Of a stretch of DNA of 32,000 nt, positions 9,674 through 18,100 are shown piece by piece. Under the pieces are notes generated by a model that was not told the origin of the DNA, made no database searches, and saw only the letters and a list, made by a program, of their open reading frames with translations. This DNA comes from Alkanindiges illinoisensis DSM 15370 (GTDB taxonomy: Bacteria; Pseudomonadota; Gammaproteobacteria; Pseudomonadales; Moraxellaceae): NCBI RefSeq assembly GCF_000619845.1, contig NZ_JHUX01000007.1:120001-152000 (forward strand), written 5' to 3'. The stretch's first letter is position 1, and every line of letters starts with the position of its first letter. The translations under genes and the position numbers were made by a program.

Positions 9674-9701
9674 AAAAAAATCGCCTCAATTAAAGAGGCG
9701 A
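9674..9701 (-). terminator. Minus-strand rho-independent terminator with no annotated minus-strand gene feeding it
   Basis: TCGCCTC (9681-9687) pairs with GAGGCGA (9695-9701) around a 7-nt loop. It is preceded on the + strand by A7 (9674-9680), which reads as a U-tract on the minus strand. Confidence 0.5.
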
Positions 9702-10116
9702 AGGAGCAAATTATGGCTATACGGAACAGTCATTCTTATAGACATGATTAAGCAAGAAGCAGGCCACCGCATTTATTGCGCAACTAAGTAGTTGTTAAGC
9801 CAGCTTAAAAATTTAAGTTGGCAGAAAAACTCATGCAAATTTTTACAAATAGCACTGGTGGCACTAGTAGTTTTGCACTACTTTAAAGCTAATAGAAATA
9901 ACCTATCCAATGATTATTTAAAACAGTGCGCGGTAGATCAAAAGTCGTATTTCATAGTGGGACTACTACCAAAGCATGATTGTCATGCCATTCAACAGAT
10001 TGCAATACTCGGGGTGATTATTTTTATACTCATCAGGATACAGAAGTTCCTGATGCTATTGGAAAAGGCATTCCCGGTTACATGCCATTAAAAGAGAATC
10101 TTGCAAGGAAGTGATT

Positions 10117-12066
10117 ATGTCACAACAAGTTTATCCTGTTCCCGACAATTTTTTAAAAAACGCCCGTACTACTGCCGAAGATTATGCAGCCAAGTACCAG
10201 CAATCGGTCACAGACAATGCGCAATTCTGGCGTGAACAGGCGCAATCCATTGACTGGATCAAGCCATTTACCAAGGTGCGTGATGTGTCCTTTGACAAGG
10301 ATAATTTCCATGTGGAATGGTTTGGCGATGGCCAGTTGAACGTGTCGGCCAACTGTCTGGATCGGCATGTGGCCAATCATCCCGACAAGCCCGCCATTAT
10401 CTGGGAAGGTGATCATCCCTATCGCCACAAGATTATTTCATTTCGCGAACTGCATCAGGAAGTTTGCCGTTTTGCCAATGTGCTCAAAAAGCAGGGCGTT
10501 AAAAAAGGTGACCGCGTCACCCTGTACATGCCAATGATTCCCGAAGCAGCGATTGCCATGCTGGCCTGTACCCGCATTGGTGCGGTGCATTGTGTAGTAT
10601 TTGGTGGATTTTCACCGGATTCACTGGCCAGCCGGATTGAAGACAGCCAGTCCAGCGTCGTGATTACCGCCAATGAAGGCCTGCGCGGTGGCAAGACTAT
10701 TCCGCTAAAAACCAATGTGGATGCGGCACTGCAAATGCCGGGCACCGAAGGCGTTACCAGTGTGATTACCGTCTATCACACCGAACACCCGACCCATATG
10801 CAGCAAGGACGGGATGTGTGGTATCACGAAGCGATTGCCGAGGTCAATGAAGACTGCCCGCCAGAGCCGATGGATGCCGAAGCGCCTTTATTTATTCTGT
10901 ACACCTCAGGCTCTACCGGAAAGCCCAAAGGTGTATTGCACACCACGGGTGGCTATCTGGTGTATGCGGCAACCACTTTCCGTGAAGTATTTGATATCCG
11001 TGACGATGATGTGTACTGGTGTACTGCTGATGTGGGCTGGATTACTGGTCACAGCTACCTGCTGTATGGCCCGCTGGCCAACGGCACCACCACGCTGATG
11101 TTTGAAGGCGTGCCGCAATATCCAACCTGGGCACGGATTGGCCAGATCATCGACAAGCATGATGTCACCATTTTATACACCGCACCAACTGCCATTCGTT
11201 CTATGATGCGCGAAGGTGACCATTATGTGCGTGAAAGTGACCGTCATAGTCTGCGTCTGCTGGGTTCAGTGGGTGAACCGATTAACCCGGAAGCGTGGTC
11301 ATGGTATTACAACGTCGTTGGTGAAGGCCGCTGCCCGATTGTAGATACCTGGTGGCAAACTGAAACCGGTGGCATCCTGATTTCGCCAATTCCTGGGGCT
11401 ACACCACTGAAGCCTGGTTCTGCCACCAGACCGTTTTATGGCGTGCAGCCTGCCATTGTGGATGGAGAAGGCAATATTCTGGAAGGCGAATGCGAGGGCA
11501 ATCTGGTATTAATTGACTCGTGGCCCGGCCAGATGCGTACCGTGTACGGCGATCATCAGCGTTTTATTGACACTTATTTTTCCACCTTTAATGGCATGTA
11601 CTTTACTGGTGATGGGGCCAAACGCGACAAGGATGGTTACTACTGGATCACTGGCCGCGTCGATGATGTACTGAACGTGTCTGGTCACCGTCTGGGCACT
11701 GCTGAAGTGGAAAGTGCACTGGTGGCGCATCAATCTGTAGCAGAATCAGCAGTGGTTGGTATGCCACATGAGATCAAGGGGCAGGGAATCTGTGCCTATG
11801 TGACCTTGCAGGCCGATGTCGAGCCAACCGAAGACTTGCGTAAAGAACTGCGTGACTGGGTGCGCCGTGAAATTGGGCCAATTGCTACCCCGGATGCGAT
11901 TCACTGGGCGCCTGCATTGCCCAAAACCCGTTCTGGCAAAATCATGCGCCGTATTTTACGCAAGATTGCCGCCAATGAACTGGATACGCTGGGCGATACC
12001 TCAACGCTGGCTGACCCAAGTGTCGTCGAGCATTTAATCGTTACTGTCTATCCTGAGACGCGTTAA
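10117..12066 (+). CDS. acs: Acetyl-CoA synthetase (AMP-forming)
   Basis: The full-length ORF of about 649 aa carries the AMP-binding motif [19 protein letters not shown] and the C-terminal [18 protein letters not shown] at 10105-10109 sits 7 nt before ATG 10117; the track start is GTG 10111. Confidence 0.95.
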   Translation: MSQQVYPVPDNFLKNARTTAEDYAAKYQQSVTDNAQFWREQAQSIDWIKPFTKVRDVSFDKDNFHVEWFGDGQLNVSANCLDRHVANHPDKPAIIWEGDHPYRHKIISFRELHQEVCRFANVLKKQGVKKGDRVTLYMPMIPEAAIAMLACTRIGAVHCVVFGGFSPDSLASRIEDSQSSVVITANEGLRGGKTIPLKTNVDAALQMPGTEGVTSVITVYHTEHPTHMQQGRDVWYHEAIAEVNEDCPPEPMDAEAPLFILYTSGSTGKPKGVLHTTGGYLVYAATTFREVFDIRDDDVYWCTADVGWITGHSYLLYGPLANGTTTLMFEGVPQYPTWARIGQIIDKHDVTILYTAPTAIRSMMREGDHYVRESDRHSLRLLGSVGEPINPEAWSWYYNVVGEGRCPIVDTWWQTETGGILISPIPGATPLKPGSATRPFYGVQPAIVDGEGNILEGECEGNLVLIDSWPGQMRTVYGDHQRFIDTYFSTFNGMYFTGDGAKRDKDGYYWITGRVDDVLNVSGHRLGTAEVESALVAHQSVAESAVVGMPHEIKGQGICAYVTLQADVEPTEDLRKELRDWVRREIGPIATPDAIHWAPALPKTRSGKIMRRILRKIAANELDTLGDTSTLADPSVVEHLIVTVYPETR

Positions 12067-12087
12067 AAAACGATTAATAATCGTTTT
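12067..12087 (+). terminator. Weak AT-rich hairpin immediately after the acs stop
   Basis: AAAACGATT (12067-12075) pairs with AATCGTTTT (12079-12087) around a 3-nt loop. The T-run forms part of the stem. Confidence 0.35.
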
Positions 12088-12090
12088 AGT

Positions 12091-12244
12091 GTCGCAAGGC
12101 GAAGGCTATGCATGAGCGAGGATAAAGCGAAGCCGCTACGCCTTGCGGCATACATGCCTCATTCGCCCGCGCGCAAGAGATGAGTCACACTGTGACGCAA
12201 GTGCGATTTCTCCAAGAGGATAAAGCAGAGCCACTTCGTTTTGC
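12091..12244. repeat. Two diverged copies of a ~50-56 bp hairpin-forming (REP-like) repeat
   Basis: Copy 1 is 12091-12146 and copy 2 is 12194-12244. Both begin G(T/A)CGCAAG(T)GCGA. Both contain GAGGATAAAGC...GCC.CT.CG..TTGC, whose 29-bp cores at 12118-12146 and 12216-12244 are 23/29 identical. The ends of copy 1 pair: GCAAGGCG (12095-12102) with CGCCTTGC (12140-12147). Confidence 0.55.
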
Positions 12245-12364
12245 AGGACAGTGTCTTGCAAAGCGATGGTTCGCATCTGCCCAAGTGCAAGGTCAATCTG
12301 GGGCTTTTTAATAGTCGCCTGCTGTTTGGCAATCTGCTTGGGTGGCCCGTTAAACAACAATTGT

Positions 12365-12402
12365 TGCGCTATAAAGTAACGCAATTCTTACTTTATAGCG
12401 CA
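12365..12402. repeat. Perfect 15-bp inverted repeat (8-bp spacer) upstream of the response-regulator gene; function unknown (operator or RNA hairpin)
   Basis: TGCGCTATAAAGTAA (12365-12379) and TTACTTTATAGCGCA (12388-12402) are exact reverse complements. The repeat abuts the perfect 12-bp palindrome CAACAATTGTTG (12355-12366). No U-tract follows on either strand. Confidence 0.6.
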
Positions 12403-12492
12403 GATGGCGGTATACGATAAAAGCTGGATTTAAGTAAGAATAAGCCACATAGTGTTTAAACTGAAATAAGGATGTTAGGTGTTGAGAACTCT

Positions 12493-13140
12493 ATGAATAT
12501 CCTGATTGTTGATGATCATCCGCTGTTTCGTCATGCACTGATTCACGCAGTGCGCTACAGCCTGCCACAGGCACAAATTCATGAAACGGCTTCAGTGACC
12601 GAGTTTTATACCCGGCTGGAGCAAGGCCCGGAACCCGATCTGGTGCTGCTGGACTTGCACTTGCCCGGGGCTTCAGGTTTTTCCGCGCTGGTACATGTGC
12701 GGGCGCAATACCCGGCCATACCGATTGTGGTGGTATCAGCGCATGAAGAAGTAGCGGTGATTCAGCGGGCATTGGCACATGGTGCGGTGGCCTATATTCC
12801 CAAGTCAGCGCCACCGCAGCATATTGGTGAAGCGCTACATGCCGTGCTGGCAGGCGATACCTGGGCGCCGCCCAATTTGCCCATGAGTAGCCATGACCCG
12901 CGTGCCCGTGACGAGGCCGATTTTGCCGAGCGCATTAAAACCCTGACGCCGCAACAGTTCCGGGTGCTGATGATGGTGGCAGAAGGCCTATTAAACAAGC
13001 AAATTGCTTATATGCTGGATGTGTCAGAAGCTACGATTAAAGCGCATGTGACGGCAATTTTTCGTAAATTGGGCGTACAAAACCGCACGCAGGCGGTGCT
13101 GGCGATTAGTACGTTGAATGTGGATGAGCCGAAGTTGTAA
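12493..13140 (+). CDS. NarL/FixJ (LuxR)-family two-component response regulator, CrbR/ErdR-like
   Basis: The receiver domain is MNILIVDDHP...LVLLDLHLPG. The C-terminal LuxR HTH is LTPQQFRVLMMVAEGLLNKQIAYMLDVSEATIKAHVTAIFRKLGV. I chose ATG 12493 as the canonical receiver N-terminus; the track start at 12472 has no SD spacing. Confidence 0.85.
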   Translation: MNILIVDDHPLFRHALIHAVRYSLPQAQIHETASVTEFYTRLEQGPEPDLVLLDLHLPGASGFSALVHVRAQYPAIPIVVVSAHEEVAVIQRALAHGAVAYIPKSAPPQHIGEALHAVLAGDTWAPPNLPMSSHDPRARDEADFAERIKTLTPQQFRVLMMVAEGLLNKQIAYMLDVSEATIKAHVTAIFRKLGVQNRTQAVLAISTLNVDEPKL

Positions 13141-13241
13141 TAGATTTGTTCATGATTTCAGTCAAGTTAATTTAAACTAAAGTCATCCGTTGAGGTGGCT
13201 TTTCTATATTATTAAAAATTATTTTATTAAATGTGTTGAGT

Positions 13242-13696
13242 ATGAATAGAACACAAATAAAGCCCTATATAAAACTGATTAGCTTTGCCCAAGCTGGGCT
13301 TTTATTCACGTTTCTCTTAATGATAAGTTTTGGGCTACCTCTTGTAAGTTTTATTTGGACAGACTCTATAGAGATAAATACAAATAAAGCAAAGCTTTGT
13401 TATATGCGATCTGGAAATAGTGGCTTAGGCGTTGCAAGTACAAAAGCAGTTGCTTTATTAGACTTCTTTCATAACCCCCTATGTTCCCCCTTGAGAAGGG
13501 GGAATTTAAAGGGGTAAAAACTACTTATGAAAGAAGTCTATTAATTCCAAAAAATGAAAAATATATAAAGTTATTTGAAACTCCTGCGCCTACTTATTAT
13601 TCTGGTAAGAGAATAGACTGGAATAATTCATATCCCACGTTAATAAAAAATAAACTTTTAGAGCTAGGGGGAGTGAAAGGAACCGATGCGTTTTTT
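13242..13696 (+). pseudogene. Small predicted membrane-protein ORF split into two frames by an 80-bp insertion
   Basis: The track ORFs 13233..13517 and 13481..13699 are in different frames. Removing 13461-13540 (80 nt) joins ...STKAVALL to LIPKNEKYIKLF... in one frame. The product would be about 125 aa with one N-terminal TM segment (GLLFTFLLMISFGLPLVSFIW). I recognised no homology. Confidence 0.4.
13459..13540. mobile_element. MITE-like 78-bp hairpin element (14-bp perfect terminal IRs flanked by TA/TA)
   Basis: TA-GACTTCTTTCATAA (13459-13474) and TTATGAAAGAAGTC-TA (13525-13540) are exact reverse complements. The 50-bp interior carries nested G/C hairpins: CCCCCTT (13486-13492) with AAGGGGG (13496-13502), and CCCCT (13476-13480) with AGGGG (13510-13514). 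Confidence 0.5.
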
Positions 13697-13950
13697 TAAG
13701 CGATATAAATGTTTATGCTATATATATAAAGAAATTTAGCCTTTTAATGAGTATTAAATTTCTTCCAACTAAATTGGAATTTGATGGGATTAATGTGTTA
13801 GGTAATTATTATAATGAGCAATTAAGAGGAGAAAAACAGGATTTTATTTTATCTTGGTTTTCTATTCAGGCTTACTCATACCTACATTTTTCTTAAAAAC
13901 TTAATAAAAATTCGTGAGTTATCTTAATTATCATATAAATTAAAATAGCA

Positions 13951-13983
13951 AGCCCATGCTGGACATTTAGCCCAGCATAAGCT
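13951..13983 (-). terminator. Hairpin downstream of the 261-aa gene (minus strand)
   Basis: AGCCCATGCTGG (13951-13962) pairs imperfectly with CCAGCATAAGCT (13972-13983), with a 7-bp perfect core ATGCTGG/CCAGCAT. On the minus strand it is followed by GCTATTTTAATTT. Confidence 0.45.
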
Positions 13984-13999
13984 TGATCATCAAAATTCA

Positions 14000-14785
14000 T
14001 TAATGATAAAAATGTACGACCCGTTGCCGGCTTTGCGGCATGTCGGTAAATAGCGGATTGAGGGAATCCATTAGATCATCCACCTGACTTTGGGTGATTA
14101 GGCCTTTTTGCACAAAATGATCGCGTACCTGTTCATCATTCAGGCACAAAAATGCCGGGTCATAGAGTCCCAGTTTCACAAACAGCTCAGCCGTAGCCAG
14201 ATTGCTGAAGCGATCCAGCAATACATGATCTTCATAAAACAGGAACAGGTGCTCATGCTCGGCATACGGGTCAACCGCAAACTGTTCTGCCAGGGTATAA
14301 GGGTCGGTTTTTAGCCAGAGCAGGTCAGCCAGTTCGTTAAAATAACCCATATCAATGCTTTCTTCGCTGGTTTTCACTTTACCCAGCCAGGCCTTAAATG
14401 CCAAAACTGCACCACCACGCAGCATCATGCTCCAGATCAGGTGGCGTACTTTTTCATCCATGCGCCTGGAAGCTTCTACCAAATGTTCGATCAGCTTGGG
14501 TTCCAGTGCCCGCAATTTGTCAAACAGGCCCAGACCCTGTGGTTTTTTTTCATGTTCGGCGAAAATATCAATATTCAGGCGTTTTAAGGTGGTGAGTGCC
14601 AAAGGCACCGTGACCTGATAGATGGTTTGCAAGGCCAATGCTTGCGTCGGTAAAAGCTGGTTCTGGCTAAACAGGTACTGCCAGTTGATACTGGGCAAAA
14701 AGTGATTGGCACTGTATTGCTGATAAAACTGTTGGGTAGAATTGGTATTGCTGGAATTCACAGTAGTCATGACAAAATCATCCAT
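14000..14785 (-). CDS. Hypothetical protein (261 aa, soluble, acidic, predicted helical); no family recognised
   Basis: This is a long uninterrupted ORF whose composition resembles the flanking core genes, with no competing ORF. The start is ambiguous between ATG 14785 and ATG 14770. It has a Q/N/S/T-rich N-terminus and no TM segments. Confidence 0.65.
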   Translation of the reverse strand: MDDFVMTTVNSSNTNSTQQFYQQYSANHFLPSINWQYLFSQNQLLPTQALALQTIYQVTVPLALTTLKRLNIDIFAEHEKKPQGLGLFDKLRALEPKLIEHLVEASRRMDEKVRHLIWSMMLRGGAVLAFKAWLGKVKTSEESIDMGYFNELADLLWLKTDPYTLAEQFAVDPYAEHEHLFLFYEDHVLLDRFSNLATAELFVKLGLYDPAFLCLNDEQVRDHFVQKGLITQSQVDDLMDSLNPLFTDMPQSRQRVVHFYH

Positions 14786-15107
14786 GGTTAAAACAGTATG
14801 CTTAGATCAGAGGCGTGGAAGTTCACACAAACACAGGCATTACATGAGCTGTGGCATGGCTGCATGGTCGCGTTATAAATTGCTGCGCTATAACTGGACA
14901 CTGTTCCTACTGGGCATAAAGCCGCTGTATAAACTATTGCCACACTAAAATAATGCGTGAATGCTGTTGATCTTATATTTGAGTGCACAGTTGTTCTGTA
15001 GTGGACTTAAGTCTAGCGCCAGCTCAACCATACATTAACTGTTTAAAAAACATTCAATTGGCAGGCTGTCGCTTTTTTAACACTGTTGTGAAATTGTATC
15101 CGTTTGC

Positions 15108-18100
15108 TTAAGCGCGAATGCCAGCCAGAAAGGCACGCAAGGCAGCGGGCTTGAGTGGTTTTTTAAGCAGGACAATACTGTGCTCTTTCACAATCTGCGG
15201 TAGGTCAGGGTTGCTGTCTGCAGTAATCAGAGCGGCAGGAATTTTGTTGGTGTTGTATTTAAGCAAAAATTCAAGCCCTTCAATTTCTGCATCCAGATGC
15301 TGATCCACCAGAAGCACCTGAATGGTTTCGGTACTCAGGATCTGCCGTGCCTGTTCCGGTGTTTGTGCCAGAAACAACTGACAGCCCCATTTGTCCAGCA
15401 AAAGCTGCATGCCCTGCAAAATGGTGGCGTCGTTGTCCAAACACAGTACTTTCAGGCTAGTCAGGGTATTTTGAACCGGGACACTGCTGCTTACTGTTTG
15501 CTGACGTGGCGGTACGGTAGGCAGTTCCAGCATAAAACACGAGCCATGATCCACCTTAGAGTGAAAACTAATCTGGTGTCCCAGCCGTTTGGCCATGCGC
15601 TCGACAATCGCCAAACCCAAACCAATACCTTGTTCGCCCCACGGTGAAGTGTGTCCGGCACGCTGGAACTCGGCAAATAGTTGCGCCTGCTGCGCCTCAG
15701 CAATGCCGGGGCCGGTATCCCACACGCCAACACGTAAATGATCCGGCTGGCTACCACTGCCCATCACCCCGACCACCACTCGACCTTGCGCAGTATAACG
15801 TAGCGCATTACTGACAAAATTCTGCAACATGCGGCGTAGCCATTGCGGGTCGGTTTTAACCCATAACCGGGTGGCATGAACCCGCAATTGCAGGCCGCGC
15901 TGTTCGGCAATGGGCTGAAATTGCACCTGTAGGTCATGCAGCAAATCATTCAGGGCAAATTCGGTGAGGTTGGGCTTCATGCCATTGCCATCCAGCCGGG
16001 CAATGTCCAGCAAGGCCGTCATGATACTTTCGGCACCATGCAGGGCACGATCCAGTTGTTGCAGGGTTTCCTGATCGGCAGGTGGCAAATTGGCATGTTC
16101 CAGCGCCGCTGCAAACAGTCGCGCCGCATGCATGGGCTGCAACAGGTCATGGCTGGCAGCGGCAATAAACCGGGTTTTGGAGGTGTTGGCAAGGTCAGCC
16201 TGCTGCCGGGCATACTGCTGTTCACGCAGGGCACGCTCAAGCTGCTGGGTGCGTTCCTGTACCCGGGCTTCCAGCAGGGCTTCGGTATGACGGTATACGG
16301 TAATATCAGCATAGGTGGTAACAAAGCCACCGCCGGTAATCGGGTGACCGCGCATTTCAATAATGCGGCCATCCGCGCGCTGCCGTTCAAATTCATGCGG
16401 GTTACCAGCACGCATCCACATGATTCGCCTGGCAATATGGTCTTCCACATCACCATGCCCGCACTCGCCACGTTCGGCGTTATAGCGGATCAGATTGGCC
16501 ACTGGACAGCCGACGTAGACAAAATTTACCGGATAATCAAACAGTTCCAGATAGCGTTTGTTCCAGGCCACCAACCGCATGTCGGCATCCACCACGCTGA
16601 CGGCCTGTGTCATGTAATCCATCATGATCATCAGCAGGCTTTGATTAAAGCGTTGCCATTGTGAAGCCTGATCCAGAATATTCACCACCTGACCCACGGC
16701 CAGCCCGTTGTTGACCAGCACAGTGGTCAGCAGCGTGCGTGCTGAAGCTGCCCCAACGGCGCTGGCCAGATATTGCTCGGTAAAGCGCCACCAGCGATGG
16801 TCAGCCAGCATTTTTTTGTCAAAAGGCAAATGATTGTCTGCCGCAAACTGCATAAATGCCGCTTCGGTACGTTGCGGCCCATTAATGCGCGAGGACAAGG
16901 CAATCAGGTCATCAATATTTAGGCGGGTTTGCTGTTCCAGTTGTTCCAGTGCACCTGCGGTGCTGTTGGTGCTGGCGCTTGATGAAGGTTCTTCTTCATA
17001 GAGGTCATGTTTAAAAAAACTTTCGGCCTGAATTTGCTCGGCAATACTTAAGCGTTTGTATTTGGGCACTAAAATGTACAATAACAGGTTTAGCCCTAAG
17101 GACCACAGCACGCCATGGGTGAGTGGGTCAAGCGAGGAAAACCCCAGCAGGCTTTCCGGCTTTAGCCAGTGCTGCTGCCACGGTCCCTGATACAGCAGGG
17201 ACAAGGCCCATTCCTGATGTGAGCTGGGCATATTGCGCAAAATGGCAGGCCAGAACAGGGTATAGCCCCAAAGGGCAAACCCGGCAAGCAGGCCAATGAT
17301 CACGCCATGACAGCTACCGCCACGCCAGTACAGGCCGCCAATTAATGCCGGGGCAAACTGGATCACTGCACTAAAGGCCAGCAGGCCAAAAGCAGACAGC
17401 TGGTTGGTATCCGACAGCATGCGATAAACCACATAGCCCAGCAGCATCACCACGCCAATGCACACCCGGCGAATCATTCGAATCCAGTACGACAGGTGCT
17501 GGTCATTTTTGCTTAGTATATTAAAGCGCCATAATGCCGGTAAAATCAGGTCGTTGCTGAGCATGATGGATAGCGCCAGCGTGGCCACCAGCAGCATCCC
17601 GGTTGCCGCAGAAAACCCGCCAATAAAGGCCAGCAGGGCCAGCCAGGTTTGTTCATGTATTACGGGCAGCATTAGCACGGCTACATCGGGAATGGGCAGG
17701 GTGGTGCTGGGCATGTGCAAGGCCCAACTGGCAATGGGAATAATCGCCAGAACCATGAGCAACAAATACACAGAAAACCAAAAGCGTGCGCCATTTAAAT
17801 GACGCTTGTCTTTGAGTTCCACCACGGCCACATGAAACTGGCGCGGCAGGCAAATAATGGCAGCACCGGCCAGCAGGGTTTGCGTCCAGAAGGAATCGGG
17901 CAGGCCTTCGCGCTGGATTTGCTGAAAAGTCACCCCAATGTCGCGCCCAATCTGATCCACTGGATGCTGGCTAAACAGCACCACAAATAGCGCCACAATG
18001 ATCAGTGCCAGCAACTTAACTGCCGATTCAAATGCCACGGCCACCATCAGGCCACCCTGCTGGCCATTGCTTGCGGCCTGCCGGGTGCCAAACAGCATGG

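Noticed and set aside
9792-10091. A 99-aa plus-strand ORF filling the acs upstream region.
   Set aside because: It starts at a non-ATG codon (TTG) without an SD. It is AT-rich with an odd composition and runs through palindromes and likely acs promoter elements. I treat the region as non-coding regulatory DNA.
12118-12244. Possible CRISPR-like or tandem repeat array.
   Set aside because: There are only two diverged copies (23/29), with no regular spacer structure and no cas genes nearby. REP-like hairpin repeats describe it better.
12136-12384. An 82-aa minus-strand ORF between acs and the response regulator.
   Set aside because: It starts inside the 15-bp inverted repeat and spans the hairpin repeat units. 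The repeats, rather than coding constraint, explain the sequence.
12349-12402. Integron attC-like site (GTTAAAC core at 12349-12355 next to palindromes).
   Set aside because: The window contains no integrase gene, no complementary RYYYAAC partner in the right geometry, and no cassette-like ORF.
15004-15015. The GACTTAAGTCTA palindrome resembles abutted termini of the 13459-13540 element, and there is a similar TAGAC...GTCTA at 18667-18680.
   Set aside because: The matches are only 5-7 bp, which is expected by chance. That is insufficient to call an excision footprint or additional element copies.
15936-16664. A 242-aa plus-strand ORF, together with the nested ORFs 16019..16471 (-), 16090..16290 (+), 17458..17802 (+) and others, inside the kinase gene.
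   Set aside because: They lie entirely antisense or out of frame within a 1170-aa gene that has unambiguous domain motifs. Their sequences are low-complexity and R/G/A/Q-rich, typical of shadow frames of a GC-rich gene. They have no SD or independent signal.
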